A stretch of 64,000 bases of DNA, taken from positions 1,120,001 to 1,184,000 of the forward strand of contig CBDEFO010000008.1 of the NCBI GenBank assembly GCA_965237525.1, read 5' to 3'. Below are positions 41,812-52,495 of the stretch, piece after piece. Source of the DNA: Candidatus Latescibacterota bacterium. GTDB lineage: Bacteria; Latescibacterota; CBDEFO01. The notes below the pieces were generated by a model. The model worked only from the letters and a program-made list of their open reading frames with translations, searched no databases and was not told the DNA's origin. How positions within the stretch are numbered: position 1 is the first letter of the stretch; the number at the start of each line of letters is the position of its first letter. The position numbers and the translations under genes were made by a program.

Positions 41812-42429
41812 TTGAAGACACTTGTGGCCCTGTTTGGAGCCTTGATCCTCGTTGCATCGTGCAGCAGGTATCCTACTCCCGAGGAGTCGGAACTCTATTA
41901 CTATACACAGGACGGTACTATTTTCAAGTTGAGGACTGTCGATTTTTCAAGGTTCAAGAAATCTTCTTTCGGAATATCGCGCTGGATCAGGGAACAATTT
42001 CCGCTCACGATAAGGCAGGAGAGGCCCGTTTTTATCTTGTTTCTGGTCGGAAAGGATGCTCCTTTAGTCGGAAGTAGTTTCCAGCCCATTTTGAACAAGC
42101 TTAATCTTTTGGAGGTTCCGCCCGCTGGGGTGCAGGAAGATGCTGAAGAGCAGATAGGGGCGGCAATTGCTCCCATAAGTGATCTGCACCAGAAACTTCT
42201 GCCGTCTTTTGCAGCCAGGTTCTTTCCTCAGAATAAGTTCTCCCTCACAATTGAGGGAAGCTTGAAGCATAGCTATTACTATTCTATATACCTCGGTCAA
42301 CCGTATTGGATCGGGTGGAACTTCAAAGTTGAACTCCCATCGCCTCGCATCTCTCCTCAGGTGAAACGGCACAGGCAGGCAGGAAAACAAGCAAAGAGTA
42401 GACAGGAGCCTCCTCCCATCCCTGAATAA
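41812..42429 (+). CDS. Hypothetical lipoprotein
   Basis: TTG start after GGGGG; MKTLVALFGALILVASC lipobox. Confidence 0.65.
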   Translation: MKTLVALFGALILVASCSRYPTPEESELYYYTQDGTIFKLRTVDFSRFKKSSFGISRWIREQFPLTIRQERPVFILFLVGKDAPLVGSSFQPILNKLNLLEVPPAGVQEDAEEQIGAAIAPISDLHQKLLPSFAARFFPQNKFSLTIEGSLKHSYYYSIYLGQPYWIGWNFKVELPSPRISPQVKRHRQAGKQAKSRQEPPPIPE

Positions 42430-42508
42430 GTAGACATTGTGGACGAACCTGTGTGCTCTTCCGGGAGACAGGGCAGATCCTGAATACAATTAGAATGCGG
42501 GTATACCT

Positions 42509-42808
42509 TCACTCCAAATGCATCTTATTTGGAGAGATATCGTCATCTTTTCTCTTTTCGTCTGTAACTTGCCCTATACGTCTTATTCTCGTATAGAGGA
42601 TAACTATGAGTCCTATCACAGCTACATACATTATTATGGCAAAATGTACACCTTCCCAGCCGAGTATTCTGGGCCAGAGTGCCGCTATACAGAGGATGAC
42701 AAATATATCTTCAGCAAGGATTCTGCTTCTGCTGCTCTTATCGGAGGCGTGGTTCATAGATCGAAACTCCATTATTTTGATAGGACTTGGGACTTTGAAG
42801 GATAACAC
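42509..42808 (-). CDS. Small hypothetical membrane protein
   Basis: Two hydrophobic helices; start uncertain. Confidence 0.55.
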   Translation of the reverse strand: MLSFKVPSPIKIMEFRSMNHASDKSSRSRILAEDIFVILCIAALWPRILGWEGVHFAIIMYVAVIGLIVILYTRIRRIGQVTDEKRKDDDISPNKMHLE

Positions 42809-42816
42809 AAAGCCAA

Positions 42817-43674
42817 ATGCTTGGCAAGAGATTTCTTGTTAGCTCTTTCAGGGCAAAAATACTCCTTGTCCTATCCCTTGCGGGATTCTGTACCCTCCAA
42901 CCCCTTGCAGGAGAGGCGGCATTCGAGTGGAGAGGGGTTGGTTCCCGTCCGCTTGGTATGGGCGGCGCGTACGTATCTCTTTCAGGAGGTGCTGAGACCC
43001 TCTTCTGGAACCCAGCAGGTCTCTGGAAGTCCCAAGCTTCCTGGTTCAGTTCCTACAGTCGTCCCTTCGGATTAGGGGACTTATCAACTTCGACATTGGC
43101 GTTCTTGCTTCCGACTTCTGTGGGAAACATAGGTTTGGGAGCGATGGTCTATGGGCTCACTCTCTACAGAGAAACTTCATTGATGTTTTCCTACAGCAAC
43201 GCCCCTTTCCAGTATCTGTCTTTCGGCTTCAACTTGAGGGGACTTAATCTATCCCTCGAAGGTTTTGGTTCAACGTGGACTGCTGCGTTCGACCTCGGGA
43301 CAGTTCTTTATATCTCTGAGAACGTAAGATGGGGGGCCTCTTTATGGAATGTGAATAGGGCAAAGATAGTTCAAAATGGACAAAGCGTTCCAAGGTCCTT
43401 CTCCACCGGGTTGAGTTTAGAGCCGATGCCAGGACTTGTGCTATCGGTAGATGGCAGGAAGGATGCGGATTTCCCCTTCCAGATAAGGGCAGGGAGCGAG
43501 CATAAGGTATCAGATGTCTTTTTCGTCAGGACAGGTGTGACAGGAGGGGAGCCATCTCGTTTTTCTTTGGGAACCGGATTCAACGTCAAGAGGATAAAGA
43601 TAGATTATTCGTTTCACACTCACCCCGCGCTGGGTCTTTCTCATCACTTTTCTATGAGCGGTTCTTTAAAGTAA
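42817..43674 (+). CDS. PorV/PorQ-like outer-membrane beta-barrel protein
   Basis: Signal peptide; GSRPLGMGGAY...FWNPAGL; C-terminal IDYSF...LGLSHHFS. Confidence 0.8.
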   Translation: MLGKRFLVSSFRAKILLVLSLAGFCTLQPLAGEAAFEWRGVGSRPLGMGGAYVSLSGGAETLFWNPAGLWKSQASWFSSYSRPFGLGDLSTSTLAFLLPTSVGNIGLGAMVYGLTLYRETSLMFSYSNAPFQYLSFGFNLRGLNLSLEGFGSTWTAAFDLGTVLYISENVRWGASLWNVNRAKIVQNGQSVPRSFSTGLSLEPMPGLVLSVDGRKDADFPFQIRAGSEHKVSDVFFVRTGVTGGEPSRFSLGTGFNVKRIKIDYSFHTHPALGLSHHFSMSGSLK

Positions 43675-43687
43675 AAGCGGGTTCAAG

Positions 43688-44017
43688 TCACCCTATCGCC
43701 GAGGGATGAGGTGCCATATAGACGAGGAGAACCATCCTCCCTTCCCCTGTGTTCAGCACACCGTGATCTACGCCCGGAGGGCATAGCACCGCCATTTGGG
43801 GACCCAACTTCTTCTTCTCATCTCCTACGGTAAACGTGCCACTGCCTTCGATAACGTAATATATCTTATCGCAGCCTTCGTGGCCGTGGAGCGGCTGCTC
43901 CTGGCCGGGTTCGAAGCAGTAAATGTCGCAGAACATCCTCTCACTCTCAAAGAGGTTTATCTTCTGGAACTTCCCATCGGAGAACTTCCTTAGCGCTTGG
44001 ACGCTCTGGATCTCCAT
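43688..44017 (-). CDS. Cupin-domain protein
   Basis: PGQEQPLHGH...YYVIEGSG...PPGVDHGV. Confidence 0.85.
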   Translation of the reverse strand: MEIQSVQALRKFSDGKFQKINLFESERMFCDIYCFEPGQEQPLHGHEGCDKIYYVIEGSGTFTVGDEKKKLGPQMAVLCPPGVDHGVLNTGEGRMVLLVYMAPHPSAIG

Positions 44018-44236
44018 AGGTGCCTTCCCCCTTTCTATGCGAAAACAGGTATGGACGAGCTTGTGTTTTCATCCGATTTATCCGTATTCTCAGCGCAGAC
44101 ACTTGGGTCTGGCCCTACGGTTTCCGACTGTTTTATCTGTTCCCTGACTAATATGTACGGGTGAACCTGTGTGTTGTGTGTCAGACCACTTCGTGGTTTG
44201 TTACCACCCGGTCCCAGCAAAGCGGCCGCGGTGCCC

Positions 44237-44489
44237 AGCCCGATTAATTCATAAACTTGGTGGAGTCATTGCGAGGAGCAAAGCGGTCCCCGATTGGGTC
44301 TATCGGGGAAGCAATCTCAAGGTTTTATAGTGATCTCCGATGAGAGCCGGATAGTATTGCATCTACCACAGAATCGAGATTGCTTCGCCTCCGGCTCGCA
44401 ATGACACCGAAGGTAGTTAAACGGCATAACTATAATATACTACAATCCCTTAATTAATACACGGCCTTTTTTTGTGAATTATTCGGGCT
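44237..44489 (+). mobile_element. MITE-like element, copy 2 (253 bp)
   Basis: AGCCCGATTAATTCA...TGAATTATTCGGGCT; carries an extra CCCCGATTGGGTCTATCGGGG palindrome. Confidence 0.85.
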
Positions 44490-44512
44490 GGTCAGACACG
44501 CCTCAATTTCTT

Positions 44513-45457
44513 TTAGAGGTTCTCATCCAACCAGTCTAAAGCAATTTCGAGAAGAAACTGGATCTCCGAAGTGTCCTTCGCTTGTATGTGCTCTGTTTCG
44601 CGCCAGACCAAGTGTTTCGGCTCCTGCGCCTCCTTGTACAGCGCCAGGACGCACGCAACCGGAAAAGACCTGTCGTCCCGACCGTTGATCATCAAAAGCG
44701 GCCGGGGCGCAATCTGCCCCACGTAGTTGAGAGGTTCAAACCGGTCGTAGAGGATATTCCCGAAAAAGAGGGTCAGATGTCGGAAGATAGGGTTAGCCTT
44801 GGTCAGTTTAGATTTTGCAAGGAGCTGTAGGTCTCCGCCGCCGTGCACAAGCACTACAGCATCAAACCGCTTGTCATGGGCTGATATGATCGGAGCCAAG
44901 ATCGCCCCCAGGCTTATCCCTACCAGTCCTATACGCTCGCCGTCGATTTCCTTTTGGTTCTGAAGGTAGTCGATCAGTTTTCTTGTGTTTATCACTGCCG
45001 TCCGGGCAGCACCCCTGGCCTTAAAGAAGAGTCTAAAGGTGTCCTTCAAAGAGCCGACTGCAGGGTAATCCATAGTGGCTACGGCATAGCCTCTTGTTGC
45101 TGCCTGCTCGCTTACGAGATCAATAACACCTTTGCCCTGGCAATAACCGTCGAGGAACACAATGAGCGGGAATGGCCCTTCAGGACTCCTTGGAACATCG
45201 AGCAACGCTTCTACAGAGTCGCCCTTGAAGCCCTCGAACCGTATCGTATACTGGATATAAGTATCTAAAGCCGCTGTCTGCTCTGTCTTTACAGCCAACG
45301 GTTCTCTCTGGTCGTAATCGAAGTAGCCCTGATGGTTCTGATAACCCCCAGCAGAAGCAGCAGACAGTAGACAGCAGACAGTAGACAGGGAAAAAGCAGC
45401 AGACAGTAGACAGCAGACAGTAGACAGGGGGCACCTCCAAAATTCTGTTTCAAGCAC
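44513..45457 (-). CDS. Secreted alpha/beta hydrolase
   Basis: RIGLVGISLG nucleophile elbow, PLLMING.DD, C-terminal His; N-terminal repeat-derived signal LSTVCCLLSAA x2. Confidence 0.8.
   Translation of the reverse strand: MLETEFWRCPLSTVCCLLSAAFSLSTVCCLLSAASAGGYQNHQGYFDYDQREPLAVKTEQTAALDTYIQYTIRFEGFKGDSVEALLDVPRSPEGPFPLIVFLDGYCQGKGVIDLVSEQAATRGYAVATMDYPAVGSLKDTFRLFFKARGAARTAVINTRKLIDYLQNQKEIDGERIGLVGISLGAILAPIISAHDKRFDAVVLVHGGGDLQLLAKSKLTKANPIFRHLTLFFGNILYDRFEPLNYVGQIAPRPLLMINGRDDRSFPVACVLALYKEAQEPKHLVWRETEHIQAKDTSEIQFLLEIALDWLDENL
45352..45428 (-). repeat. Heptamer tandem repeat CTGTCT(A/G) in a duplicated block
   Basis: (CCCTGTCTACTGTCTGCTGTCTACTGTCTGCTGCTT) x2 on the minus strand. Confidence 0.85.
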
Positions 45458-46568
45458 CTAAGATGGAGAAGACATTATATTTCAAGAATCTCACGACTTT
45501 TTCGGCTTCAGCCATAGCCCTCCCATTATCTATATTAAAAGGCTCGTCTCTCAGCTTCTTGTCCTCATATCCGTACTGCCACGCTATCTTTCTGTGCCGA
45601 TCGGGAAGATCGTCCTCCGGGACGACCTCGTTCATAATGGACCACGCCAACGTCCAGCATCTCGGAACGTTGGCGACGTTGTAGCCTCCTCCTCCCAGGG
45701 CGATCCATTTAGGCGATAGTCGCTTGATTCTCTCCACCATCTCTGCAAAACCATTTGTAGTCAGATTCAGATGCGCTAAGGGGTCGGTCCTCATAGTATC
45801 CACGCCCAATTGGGAGACAACTACATCTGGCTCATAAGCTTCCATCAAAGTGGGAACCACCTCCTCGAACGCCCACAGAAAGACCTCATCGTCGCTCTCG
45901 GGATTAAGGGGTACGTTTACGCAATAGCCAAGGCCATCTCCAACGCCAATTTCATCTTCAAAACCTGTGCCCGGAAAAAAATTCCTCCCGCTTTCATGTA
46001 TGGAGATCGTAAGTACTCGATCGGTAGCGTAGAACGCATATTGGACGCCGTCGCCGTGATGGGCGTCGATGTCTATGTATGCGACTTTCAGACCCTTTTT
46101 CAACAGATAATGTATAGCCACAACCGGATCGTCTATATAGCAAAACCCAGAGCTTCTGTTAGCAGATGCGTGGTGCAGTCCGCCTGCGATGTTGAAGGCT
46201 ATGTTCGCCTCTCCAGATTCCACAGCCTTTGCCGCTTGAAGAGACGCCCCCGCCGATAGAAGCGAAAAGTCATACACACCCTTAAATATGGGGTTATCTC
46301 CCGGTCCTAAACCGTATTTTGTTGCGTCGCTAAAGTAGCTTCCCTGATTTGCTCTCTTCAAAATATCTATGTACTGTTTCGTGTGGAAAGACAGGATATC
46401 ATCCTCATCGGCCTTTTCTGCCTCTACCAGTTTTCCCGTAGGAATATCAAAAAGACCATAAGCTCGAATCAGATCGTGCGTCAGCTTCAGCCTTATGGGC
46501 TTCATCGGGTGCGTAGGGCCGTAGTCGTAGCTTGAGTATTCGTCTGCGTATATAAAATACGATGTCAT
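45450..46568 (-). CDS. acuC: AcuC / histone deacetylase-family protein
   Basis: HPMKPIR, AGGLHHA, SGFCY, YIDIDAHHGDGVQ, LGGGGY; start MTSYF. Confidence 0.92.
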   Translation of the reverse strand: MTSYFIYADEYSSYDYGPTHPMKPIRLKLTHDLIRAYGLFDIPTGKLVEAEKADEDDILSFHTKQYIDILKRANQGSYFSDATKYGLGPGDNPIFKGVYDFSLLSAGASLQAAKAVESGEANIAFNIAGGLHHASANRSSGFCYIDDPVVAIHYLLKKGLKVAYIDIDAHHGDGVQYAFYATDRVLTISIHESGRNFFPGTGFEDEIGVGDGLGYCVNVPLNPESDDEVFLWAFEEVVPTLMEAYEPDVVVSQLGVDTMRTDPLAHLNLTTNGFAEMVERIKRLSPKWIALGGGGYNVANVPRCWTLAWSIMNEVVPEDDLPDRHRKIAWQYGYEDKKLRDEPFNIDNGRAMAEAEKVVRFLKYNVFSILGA

Positions 46569-47175
46569 ATCCCTCCCTTGATGAAGAATTTCAAAAGACC
46601 CCACGAGCTTTTACTCACTGCACTATCCGTGTTGAAAGATCGTGATCCATCATCTTGGTAAGCCCACCGGAAGATCACACGGCCGATGAAAGCCTCCAAC
46701 ACCCCTTCACCTCGACTAATTATGTCCTCAACGAACACCTTAGCAAAATGGCCCTCCTGAGTCCATATCACATACAGATGTCCCTCGTTAATAGGAACAG
46801 ACCAGAAGAATAGTTCCCCCGTCAGGGGATCGTTTACAGCAGTGCTGGGATCCGGTTCGAGGTCATCGGGAATCGTCACCAGGCTGTCAACGATATGGGA
46901 CCCACATCCCGGATTCCCCTACGTCCTACCAGGAATCCCTCAGAAGCGTAAACTATATGCAGATCCTGAACTTGAAAGAGTTCTAGGTCAGTTCCTTCAC
47001 AAGAAACGACTTCCGACCCTTTAGAGAAATCAAAGCAACCATCTACTGCCAAGCTATCTACTCCTGTGCGGACGACCGCTTCGCTTTCCTTCAGGTATCC
47101 TAACAAGATTAACGATAGGATAATGCCTGCTAGATATATACTCCGTGCAGATATTGATTTCATCAGTAGTATCAC
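46565..47175 (-). pseudogene. Secreted hypothetical protein with a 1-bp frameshift
   Basis: Signal-peptide ORF 46876-47175 and ORF 46565-46879 join as ...GPISL|DSLVTIPDD with one added base near 46888; C-terminal SSWGLLK motif. Confidence 0.55.
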
Positions 47176-47315
47176 TACTTAAGGACACCTTCCATCAACA
47201 AGTTAAGCACGTGGACAGGTGCGATTGCTTCCCCCCGATAGATTCAATCGGGGACTCAAAGGCTGGTAGACAGTGGCCTGTCTACTGTCTGCTGTTTGCC
47301 GTCTACTGCCTTAAC

Positions 47316-48773
47316 CTATCCCTTCACCACGCCCACCGGCCTGAGCCTTGCCACCTTCAGCGAGACGCCCGCTTTATGCATAACGTCAGCCACAGCCTCA
47401 ACGTCCTTGTACGCCTCAGGCATCTCCTCATCTAATGTCGATCTGCCCTTGGACCTTACGGCGATTCCCTTATCCTCAAGCTCTCTTTTGATAGACCTTC
47501 CCTTGCTTAACTTCTTGGCTTTGGTCCTGCTTAGGACTCGTCCTGCCCCGTGAGCCGAACTCCCGAAGGTCTCATCCATGGAAGTATGCGCCCCTATGCA
47601 CACGTAGGAGTAAGTCCCCATGTCCCCGGGGATCAACACCGGCTGACCGATGTGCATATAGGATTTGGGAGTCTCATCGTGACCCGGCGGGAACGCCCTT
47701 GTGGCTCCTTTTCTGTGGACGCAGACGGTCTTTCTTACACCTCCTCCTATGTCGTGTTCTTCGAACTTGGCTATGTTGTGGGCCACGTCGTAAACCAGCT
47801 TGAAGCCCAAGTCGCCCCAGCTTACCTCGAAGACATCTTTTAGCGCCCCGCGCGCAAGGTGCATCATGGTCTGTCTGTTCGCCCAGGCATAGTTGGCGGC
47901 GCACCTCATAGCGCCTAAATATGCCTGTCCCTCCTCAGAATTTATGGGAGCGCACGCAAGCTGTCTGTCGGGGAGTTGAATGTTGTATTTACGCGCTGCT
48001 CGTTCCATCGTCCTTAAATAGTCGTCGCACGTCTGATATCCGAAGCCCCTTGAGCCTGAATGGATGAAGACGGTCAAGCATCCTTCTTTCAGACCCAAAG
48101 TGTCCGCTGCCTTATCGTCGAACACCTGGTCCACAACCCCGATCTCCAAGAAGTGATTTCCAGAGCCCAAAGTTCCCATCTGTTTTGCACCCCTAGAAAG
48201 GGCGGTCTCTGTCACCCTGTCGGGGTCTGCCCCGTCCAGCCGGCCGTTTGCCTCCGTGTTCACAAGGTCGCTTTCGAATCCCAGATCTCTCTCTTTTATG
48301 ACCCACCCGGCTCCACCGGCTAACGCCTTTTTCTCCTCGTTCTTTGAAAGCTTGGGTATAGCTCCTTCAGAGCCCACTCCGCAGGGTACGGTGTCGAACA
48401 GCACATCCACCAATTTTTTGATTTTGTTCTGAACGTCCTTGTATTCGAGGTGGGTCGCCGCCAAGCGCACTCCGCAGTTAATGTCAAAGCCTATACCTCC
48501 GGGCGATATAACGCCTCCCTCCTGTGGATCGGTTGCCGCTACCCCCCCGATCGGGAATCCATATCCCCAGTGAATGTCCGGCATAGCTATAGAATACTTA
48601 ACTATCCCCGGAAGATGTGCCACGTTTGCCACCTGCTCCAGGCTCTTGTCGAGTCTTATGCCCTCCATCAGTTCATCGCTGGCGTAGATCCTGCCGGGGA
48701 CCCTCATCCCGCCGGTCTTGGGGATCTCCCAGATGCACTCGCCGATTTTTTTGATCTTGATTGTCTCTGACAT
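47316..48773 (-). CDS. rtcB: RtcB RNA ligase
   Basis: MPDIHWGYGFPIGGV, FDINCGVR, GTLGSGNHFLE, IHSGSRG, YDVAHN, HRKGATR, HGAGR, EEMPEAYK. Confidence 0.96.
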   Translation of the reverse strand: MSETIKIKKIGECIWEIPKTGGMRVPGRIYASDELMEGIRLDKSLEQVANVAHLPGIVKYSIAMPDIHWGYGFPIGGVAATDPQEGGVISPGGIGFDINCGVRLAATHLEYKDVQNKIKKLVDVLFDTVPCGVGSEGAIPKLSKNEEKKALAGGAGWVIKERDLGFESDLVNTEANGRLDGADPDRVTETALSRGAKQMGTLGSGNHFLEIGVVDQVFDDKAADTLGLKEGCLTVFIHSGSRGFGYQTCDDYLRTMERAARKYNIQLPDRQLACAPINSEEGQAYLGAMRCAANYAWANRQTMMHLARGALKDVFEVSWGDLGFKLVYDVAHNIAKFEEHDIGGGVRKTVCVHRKGATRAFPPGHDETPKSYMHIGQPVLIPGDMGTYSYVCIGAHTSMDETFGSSAHGAGRVLSRTKAKKLSKGRSIKRELEDKGIAVRSKGRSTLDEEMPEAYKDVEAVADVMHKAGVSLKVARLRPVGVVKG

Positions 48774-48791
48774 CTTCTTAATGCCTCCTTC

Positions 48792-49499
48792 TCAGCTTAC
48801 TTTTCTGCCTTTCACAATCAGTCGGCTCTTTGTCGTAAATTTTAGTCCTCCCGCATTCAGATATTGCAAAAGACCATCCCACCTGCCGTCTTTTTGCCAC
48901 CTTTTCTTCAGCGTGCTCCCTTCAAAATATACATCTATATCTTCTCTGCGCTTGAAATCTATGATCTCTCTTTCGATACTTATATGCTCTGTGTCGAAGG
49001 CCCTGCTCTCTAAGATGCTCTTTATCCCCTCCTTACTGTACGCAAACCGCGATGGACGACCCGTCTCCTTCCACTGCTCAAGTTCCAGAGCCGCAAAGAT
49101 CAGATAACGTCCTCTATCCAGAGCTTCGTGCGCTTTTTTGATAATATCGTCCGACATACACAAATTGGCGATGACCATATCGACTTTCCTGCCCTCCACT
49201 ACGTCTTTGTAATCTATCGTCTCAGCGTCTGCTAATGTGAAACTTACGTTGCAAATTCCCCGATCGGATGCGATTTTCTTTGCGGACTCTATCGGTTCGG
49301 CGGATATATCTATCCCGACGACATGCCCCAGATAGTTTGCCGCTTCGAACGTCAGTCCGCCCATTCCGCATCCTACGTCTACGGTCATCATCTCTTTGGT
49401 GCTTACGTCCCTTATCAGTTCCATCAGGGTCGGGTTTACCGATGCATGATCGCCCGGGGATAAAGATGGGTCAAATATCCTATGGGCCACATTGAGCAT
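48792..49499 (-). CDS. Class I SAM-dependent methyltransferase
   Basis: VDVGCGMG, VVGIDIS. Confidence 0.85.
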   Translation of the reverse strand: MLNVAHRIFDPSLSPGDHASVNPTLMELIRDVSTKEMMTVDVGCGMGGLTFEAANYLGHVVGIDISAEPIESAKKIASDRGICNVSFTLADAETIDYKDVVEGRKVDMVIANLCMSDDIIKKAHEALDRGRYLIFAALELEQWKETGRPSRFAYSKEGIKSILESRAFDTEHISIEREIIDFKRREDIDVYFEGSTLKKRWQKDGRWDGLLQYLNAGGLKFTTKSRLIVKGRKVS

Positions 49500-49672
49500 T
49501 GGAAAATCCCCGCAGGAAAAGAATGTCTGTAAAGGTGCTACGTTAATGGAATATAATAGCTGTTTGCGCTAAAAGCAAGTACCAAGATATTTGAGGCAAG
49601 TCCCTGCGGAGAAGCGTTCAAAAAGTAGGAAGCCCACTTCGTAGAGGAAGACAAGGACAGAGGAAAAATAAC

Positions 49673-49702
49673 TTGACATACTCGATACTTGAAGGTTATA
49701 TT
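49673..49702 (+). promoter_or_regulatory. Candidate sigma70 promoter for the secretion cluster
   Basis: TTGACA-18-TATATT. Confidence 0.45.
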
Positions 49703-49800
49703 TTGGGGTGCGTCCCAAAAGGGTCGGTGTTCAACTTGTAACTTTTTCCCCAAAAGGTTCTTCGATATGACCCGAACCGCCGGAGAAGAAACAAAAATAT

Positions 49801-51387
49801 ATGTCCTCTTTAAAATCTGCATTACACCTCGCCTCGCTCCTAACGATATGCTTTTGTGCTCGCGCTTTTGCAGTTCTTCCAGAAAGGCATAATCAGGGTA
49901 CTCCACCGGAGCCTAAGAAGGGATTGGCGGGAAACGACATAGGGGACATCAAATGGAGTGGAAAAGATCTGTGGGTGGGAACGGATTCGGGATTGAGCAA
50001 GCTTTTAGGGTCAGGAGAAGGATCTCTGGACTGGATAAGCTACGGATCTGATCAGGGGATAGGCAAAGGTTCGATCAGCGCTTTAGATGCGGCAGGGGAT
50101 GTGATCTGGATAGCCACAGTATTTGATACTACCACAGAGAACGGTTCCTTTCAAGTGGGAGATGGGTTGAGCGCATCTTTTGACGGCGGCGCGACGTGGG
50201 AGCATTTTGACAACAGCAAGATATTTGGGGGATTTGAGGACGGCCCTCGAACGAATGTTCAAAATGGGGCGTTTGGAGTGGCTATTGACGAGGATGTGGG
50301 TAGGGTGGATGGGGAGTCGGCAACAAGCCACGAAGTGGTCTGGGCGGCGTTCTTTGCGGGTTCTCTCGTCAGGTCTAAGGACAGGGGGGAGACTTGGGAG
50401 CGCGTCCTGCCGGACTCCAGAGATAAGATCGACTACTCTGGATCATTTGAGGGCAATAAGCATAGGACATTTTCGGTTTTAGCCTACAGCGATACGGTCT
50501 GGGTGGGTACGTCTTCGGGTATGTCAAAGAGCACAAATGGCGGAGAGACCTGGGCGTTCTTTTCCTCGGAGGCCGACAGCGCCGGAAATCACCTTGATGG
50601 TACGATCTCCGGCAATTGGGTTGTGGTCCTATCCAGACAGCAAATTGGCGGGAAGACGATAATCTGGGCGGGGACAAAACGGACGCTTAATCCCTGGGAA
50701 AGAGACGGCATAAGTTTTTCATCTGACGGTGGGTTAACGTGGGAGGTGACGCAGGTGGACAGCGCCTTTGAAACTGCCGCGTGGAATTTCGCCTTTTCCA
50801 ATAGTACTGTGTGGGCTACTACGGATAGAGGACTCGTTAGATCGCACGACCTGGGGAAAAGTTGGGATAGAGTAAAGGTGGCAGATTCTATCTCCAGGGA
50901 GGAAGTAGAGGGAAGATTCGTGGGCGTAGAAAGGATAGGTTCTGTATTGTGGGCAGGATCAGAAAACGGTCTCGGAAGGTCATTAGATTCAGGCGGAACG
51001 TGGAGGATTTTAAGGACTTTCGTAAGGACGGTCTCTATCGACAAGGGAGTGGTCGTAGATGAGGCCGCAGAAAAGGAGCATATCAAAACCTATGCCTATC
51101 CGAATCCGTTTTCGCCTTCTGAAGATATAATAGTCAGAATCCAATACAGCCTGTCTGAACCCGCATCTGTTACTATTAAGATATACGATTTTGTCAGTCG
51201 TTTGGTTAAGGTTTTAGTGCCAGCAGAGGATACCGAGGCAGAACCAAAAGCGGGTGCAAGGAATCACAATGAGAAGTGGGACGGCACGAACGAGGTGGGA
51301 GATGTCGTAGCAAACGGGGTCTATTTCTATCGCATAAGCACCGACAGAGGTGATGAGGCGATCGGCAAGATAGTCGTGATTAAATGA
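49801..51387 (+). CDS. Secreted BNR/Asp-box beta-propeller protein with a C-terminal FlgD-Ig (T9SS type-A-like) domain
   Basis: Repeated SxDxGxTW; C-terminus YAYPNPFSP...IKIYD...WDG.N..G..VANGVYFYRI...GKIVVIK. Confidence 0.85.
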   Translation: MSSLKSALHLASLLTICFCARAFAVLPERHNQGTPPEPKKGLAGNDIGDIKWSGKDLWVGTDSGLSKLLGSGEGSLDWISYGSDQGIGKGSISALDAAGDVIWIATVFDTTTENGSFQVGDGLSASFDGGATWEHFDNSKIFGGFEDGPRTNVQNGAFGVAIDEDVGRVDGESATSHEVVWAAFFAGSLVRSKDRGETWERVLPDSRDKIDYSGSFEGNKHRTFSVLAYSDTVWVGTSSGMSKSTNGGETWAFFSSEADSAGNHLDGTISGNWVVVLSRQQIGGKTIIWAGTKRTLNPWERDGISFSSDGGLTWEVTQVDSAFETAAWNFAFSNSTVWATTDRGLVRSHDLGKSWDRVKVADSISREEVEGRFVGVERIGSVLWAGSENGLGRSLDSGGTWRILRTFVRTVSIDKGVVVDEAAEKEHIKTYAYPNPFSPSEDIIVRIQYSLSEPASVTIKIYDFVSRLVKVLVPAEDTEAEPKAGARNHNEKWDGTNEVGDVVANGVYFYRISTDRGDEAIGKIVVIK

Positions 51388-51416
51388 AAAGGAAAAATGT
51401 TTATGCTACTGTCCGC

Positions 51417-51523
51417 GAGATTGCTTCGGGGTTGCGCCCCTAGCAATGACCACCGAAGAACTCAGTAGCGAATAAACCGCATTGCGAGCGCCCCCGATTG
51501 AATCCATCGGGGGGAAGCAATCT
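51417..51523. repeat. Composite REP doublet (REPIN-like), copy B
   Basis: Homologous to 23897-23989. Confidence 0.75.
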
Positions 51524-51539
51524 GGTGGGAAGGGAGGCC

Positions 51540-52490
51540 ATGCCCCTGTCTACTGTTTGCTGTCGATTGTCTACTGTATTGTGGCTTTTAGTAATGTCTT
51601 CAATATCCTCATCCCAAGGGATAAGCGGGGGGACTGCCAGCGCCTTTCTGAGAAGCGGCGTAGGAGCGAAAGCTATTGGTCTGGGAGGGGCTTATGTGTC
51701 TATAGCCGACGATGCTTCGGGAGCGTTCTGGAATCCCGCTGGACTTATCTATACTCAGAAAAGGCAGGTGTCTGAGACTTACAGGTCGCTTTCTTTAGAC
51801 AGAAAGGAAAATGTCCTTTCCTACAGCCAGAGATTGGCACAGGGAGCAGCATTCGGATTTTTGTGGATTTATGCGGGAACCGCGAATATCCAGGGTCGGT
51901 ACATAAATGGACGAAAAACAGGGGAGATTTCAGACAATCGCAACGCCATCTACTTCTCGTTCGCAAAGGATGTAGATGGCAAGGGGGCAATCGGGTTGAA
52001 TGGCAAATATCTGCGTCACTCTCTTGCGGGAGAAGCAGGTAGGGGATTCGGCTTCGATGTCGGGGCTATGGTAAAGCCCACGGAGGATCTGTCCATAGGT
52101 TTTGTGGTCAGAAATATAAATACAGAGCTTTCCTGGAAGATCTCAAGGGGCATCGGCGAGGTCTCCTACCAGGACGAAATCCCTGAGTCGCTCGTGGTGG
52201 GGGCATCCTACAGATTCTTCGATGAGAGGGTCTTAATCTCGTTCGATGTAGAGCGCGGCAATGGAGAAGTGGAGGTAAGGTCGGGATGGGAGCTGGCGCT
52301 GAACGAATTTTTGAGATTGAGAGCAGGTGTTGGGGACATATCCTCAGATGACATCGGCGAAAGTTCCCAGAGGTTCGGCATAGGTCTTGGCCCCATCTTT
52401 GAACGCCAGATAGATTTTCAGTACGTCTTCACAACGGATCAGATGGACGCCGGGGGAAGTCATGTCTTCTCAACTGCGTTGACTTTTTAG
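51540..52490 (+). CDS. PorV/PorQ-family outer-membrane protein
   Basis: FLRSGVGAKAIGLGGAY...DDASGAFWNPAGL; C-terminal Phe; ATG 51540 with GGGAGG RBS. Confidence 0.85.
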   Translation: MPLSTVCCRLSTVLWLLVMSSISSSQGISGGTASAFLRSGVGAKAIGLGGAYVSIADDASGAFWNPAGLIYTQKRQVSETYRSLSLDRKENVLSYSQRLAQGAAFGFLWIYAGTANIQGRYINGRKTGEISDNRNAIYFSFAKDVDGKGAIGLNGKYLRHSLAGEAGRGFGFDVGAMVKPTEDLSIGFVVRNINTELSWKISRGIGEVSYQDEIPESLVVGASYRFFDERVLISFDVERGNGEVEVRSGWELALNEFLRLRAGVGDISSDDIGESSQRFGIGLGPIFERQIDFQYVFTTDQMDAGGSHVFSTALTF

Positions 52491-52495
52491 ACATT

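Noticed and set aside
44035..44220. 61-aa ORF upstream of the cupin gene
   Set aside because: No motif or RBS; abuts the MITE and may be a remnant or spurious.
49538..49906. 122-aa minus-strand ORF
   Set aside because: Overlaps a divergent promoter region and the start of the propeller gene; no motifs.
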